Shown here: positions 60,360 through 62,889 of the stretch, in pieces
How positions within the stretch are numbered: position 1 is the stretch's first letter
How the letters are laid out: every line of letters starts with the position of its first letter
NCBI GenBank assembly: GCA_002256025.1
Contig: NKIB01013186.1
Location: 1 to 62,889 of the forward strand
Length of the DNA stretch: 62,889 nucleotides
Direction of reading: 5' to 3'
DNA from: Asterionella formosa
Lineage: Eukaryota
Program-made: the position numbers and the translations under genes
The notes under the pieces: model-generated
What the model saw: the letters and a program-made list of their open reading frames with translations, nothing else
The model's database searches: none
Told to the model about the DNA's origin: nothing

Positions 60360-62618
60360 TTAGCTTATAGAAATAGAACGAGCTAAAAAGAATGACCAAG
60401 TTGTACCAATCCCACCTAATAGATAGTGAGCTAAACCAACTGCACGACCTTGAGTAATACTTAAGGCACGCGGCTGAATTGTTGGTGCAAAATTTAATTT
60501 ATTATGAGCCCAAACAATAGATTCAATTAATTCTTGCCAATATCCACGACCACTAAATAAGAACATTAGACTAAATGCCCAAATAAAATGAGCCCCTAAA
60601 AAAATTAAACCATATGCTGATGAAGCAGAACCATATGATTGAATTACTTGTGATGCTTGTGACCATAAGAAATCACGTAACCAGCCATTTATAGTAATAG
60701 AGCTTTGAGCAAAATTACCACCAGTAATATGAGAAATACTGCCATCAGGTGAAATTGTTCCCCAAACATCTGATTGCATTTTCCAGCTAAAATGGAAAAT
60801 TACCACTGAGATTGAGTTATACATCCAGAATAAGCCTAAAAAAACGTGATCCCAACTTGAACTTTGACATGTACCGCCACGTCCTGGACCATCACATGGG
60901 AATCTAAAACCTAAATTTGCTTTATCAGGAATTAGTTTCGAACTACGTGCGTATAAAACCCCTTTCAATAAAATTAATACTGTTACATGAATTGTAAAAG
61001 CATGAATATGATGAACCATAAAATCAGCTGTGCCTAATTTAATAGGCATCATTGCAATTTTACCAGCAACTTCTATAATTTCACCGCCGAAAGCATAACT
61101 TGTTGTTGCTAAAGCATTAGGTGCAGTTGTACCTGGTGCTAATAAATGGATATTTTGAATCCACTGTGCAAAAATAGGTTGTAATTGAATTGATTTATCA
61201 GAAAACATATCTTGTGGGCGACCTAATGCACGCATTGTATCGTTATGTATATAGAATCCAAAAGCATGTGTTCCTAAGAAAATACAAACCCAATTTAAAT
61301 GAGAAATAATTGAATCACGATGACGTAATACACGATCTAATAAGTTATTATAGTTATTAGCTGGAGTATAATCACGAACCATAAATATTGCCCCATGAGC
61401 TGCCCCACCTACAACACAGAATCCACCAATCCACATATGGTGTGTAAATAGTGAAAGTTGCGTCGCATAATCAGTTGCAATATAAGGATATGGTGGCATT
61501 GCATACATATGATGTGCAACAATGATGCTTAATGACCCCATCATTGCTAGATTAATTGCTAATTGAGCGTGCCAAGATGTAGTTAAAATCTCATATAAAC
61601 CCTTATGTCCTTCACCAGTAAAAGGGCCTTTATGTGCTTCTAAAATTTCTTTCATACTGTGACCAATACCAAAGTTTGTTCGATACATGTGACCAGCAAA
61701 AATAAATAATACTGATAATGCTAAATGGTGATGTGCAATATCAGTTAACCATAAACCACCAGTAATTGGGTTTAAACCACCTTTGAATGTTAAGAAATCA
61801 GAATATTCACCCCAGTGACCACTAAAGAAGGGTGTTAAGCCTTTTGAAAAACTTGGGTATAATTGACTCATTAGTTCTCGATTAATTAAAAACTCATGAG
61901 GTAATGGGATTTCTTGAGGTGCTACACCTGCGTCTAACAATTTATTAATTGGTAAAGCAATATGAATTTGATGACCTGACCAAGATAAACAACCTAAACC
62001 TAATAAACCGGCTAAGTGATGGTTCATCATTGATTCAGCATTTTGGAACCATTCTAATTTTGGTGCAGCTTTATGGTAATGGAACCAACCTGCAAATAAC
62101 ATAATTGCAGACATTGCTAAACCACCAATTGCTATCCAGTATAATTCAACTTCACTTGTAATACCTTCTGCACGCCACATTTGGAACCAACCAGATGTTG
62201 TTTGGACACCTTGGAAATTTCCACCTAGATCACCATTTAAAATTTCTTGACCTACAATTGGCCACACAACTTGTGAACTTTGTTTAATATTAATCGGATC
62301 TGTTAACCAAGCAGAGTAATTAGAAAAATATGCACCGTGGAAATGCATACCACTGATCCATAAGAAAATAATTGCTAATTGACCAAAGTGTGCACTAAAA
62401 ATTTTACGGGATACTTCTTCTAATGAACTTGTTTGGCTATCAAAGTCATGAGCATCTGCATGTAAATTCCAAATCCAAGTTGTTGTTTTTGGCCCCTTTG
62501 CTAAAGTTCGTGAAAAGTGACCTGGTTGTGCCCATTTTTCGAAACTAGTTTCGACAGCGTTTTTTTCAACAAAAACTTGCACATTTTTTGTGCGGTTGTC
62601 AGTTGAGCTTATTGCCAT
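60360..62618 (-). CDS. psaA: Photosystem I P700 apoprotein A1
   Basis: [29 protein letters not shown]. Confidence 0.99.
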   Translation of the reverse strand: MAISSTDNRTKNVQVFVEKNAVETSFEKWAQPGHFSRTLAKGPKTTTWIWNLHADAHDFDSQTSSLEEVSRKIFSAHFGQLAIIFLWISGMHFHGAYFSNYSAWLTDPINIKQSSQVVWPIVGQEILNGDLGGNFQGVQTTSGWFQMWRAEGITSEVELYWIAIGGLAMSAIMLFAGWFHYHKAAPKLEWFQNAESMMNHHLAGLLGLGCLSWSGHQIHIALPINKLLDAGVAPQEIPLPHEFLINRELMSQLYPSFSKGLTPFFSGHWGEYSDFLTFKGGLNPITGGLWLTDIAHHHLALSVLFIFAGHMYRTNFGIGHSMKEILEAHKGPFTGEGHKGLYEILTTSWHAQLAINLAMMGSLSIIVAHHMYAMPPYPYIATDYATQLSLFTHHMWIGGFCVVGGAAHGAIFMVRDYTPANNYNNLLDRVLRHRDSIISHLNWVCIFLGTHAFGFYIHNDTMRALGRPQDMFSDKSIQLQPIFAQWIQNIHLLAPGTTAPNALATTSYAFGGEIIEVAGKIAMMPIKLGTADFMVHHIHAFTIHVTVLILLKGVLYARSSKLIPDKANLGFRFPCDGPGRGGTCQSSSWDHVFLGLFWMYNSISVVIFHFSWKMQSDVWGTISPDGSISHITGGNFAQSSITINGWLRDFLWSQASQVIQSYGSASSAYGLIFLGAHFIWAFSLMFLFSGRGYWQELIESIVWAHNKLNFAPTIQPRALSITQGRAVGLAHYLLGGIGTTWSFFLARSISIS

Positions 62619-62750
62619 TAATTTTCTCCTTAGTTGGGAGATGAAAATCTAAGAAACTCTCATAAAATAATAATAGATATAATTAATTGTTATATGACCT
62701 GTTAATTATGAGTTTTCAAGCTGTTATTATAATGCATTTAAAATAAAGTT

Positions 62751-62855
62751 TACAATAAAAATTATGTTTAAAAAAGAATAGTTTAAATCAAGTTAGTATT
62801 TATCAAATTATGAAATTAGTTCACTATATACAATAAAAATTATGTTTAAAAAAGA
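62751..62855 (+). repeat. 27-bp direct repeat TACAATAAAAATTATGTTTAAAAAAGA at 62751-62777 and 62829-62855
   Basis: Two exact copies, period 78 bp; the first copy abuts the IR border. Confidence 0.88.
62778..62836 (+). pseudogene. ycf45: Duplicated 3' fragment of ycf45 carried in the IR
   Basis: Reads [22 protein letters not shown], identical to the Ycf45 C-terminus. Confidence 0.85.
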
Positions 62856-62889
62856 TTTGTAAATTCTTAAGTTTTACTTTATAATGTAT
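62778..62889. repeat. Right copy of terminal inverted repeat (inner end of plastid IR)
   Basis: Reverse complement of 1-112. Confidence 0.9.

Noticed and set aside
62751..62855. CRISPR-like repeat-spacer-repeat
   Set aside because: Only two copies, the spacer is the ycf45 tail, and there are no cas genes.

Overview
This is the large single-copy (LSC) region of a diatom (Bacillariophyta, red-lineage secondary) plastid genome, apparently complete. Bases 1-112 are the exact reverse complement of bases 62778-62889, so the window runs from one inverted-repeat (IR) border to the other. It is AT-rich and gene-dense, with photosystem I/II, cytochrome b6f, ATP synthase, form ID Rubisco (rbcL-rbcS, with cbbX elsewhere), RNA polymerase (rpoB/C1/C2), ribosomal protein, suf, tatC, secG, dnaB, ftsH, chlI and diatom-type ycf genes (ycf33, 39, 41, 45, 66, 90). 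I read 16 small genes missing from the ORF track (psaJ, psbI, petL, psbF, psbL, psbJ, psb30, psaI, psbK, petG, psaM, psbT, psbN, petN, petM, psbX), 17 tRNAs, tmRNA (ssrA) and a divergent SRP RNA (ffs) with a non-GNRA tetraloop. I saw no introns, inteins, recombinase or plasmid-derived ORFs, or CRISPR arrays, and no clearly novel multi-gene system. The most unusual signals are non-coding: a perfect 118-bp palindrome carrying mirrored promoter-like motifs between divergent tRNAs, terminator hairpins that have copied the last codons of their genes, a direct-repeat footprint of stepwise IR expansion through ycf45, and a possible decayed bas1/ycf42 remnant. Gene names come from recognising translated sequences; no database search was run.
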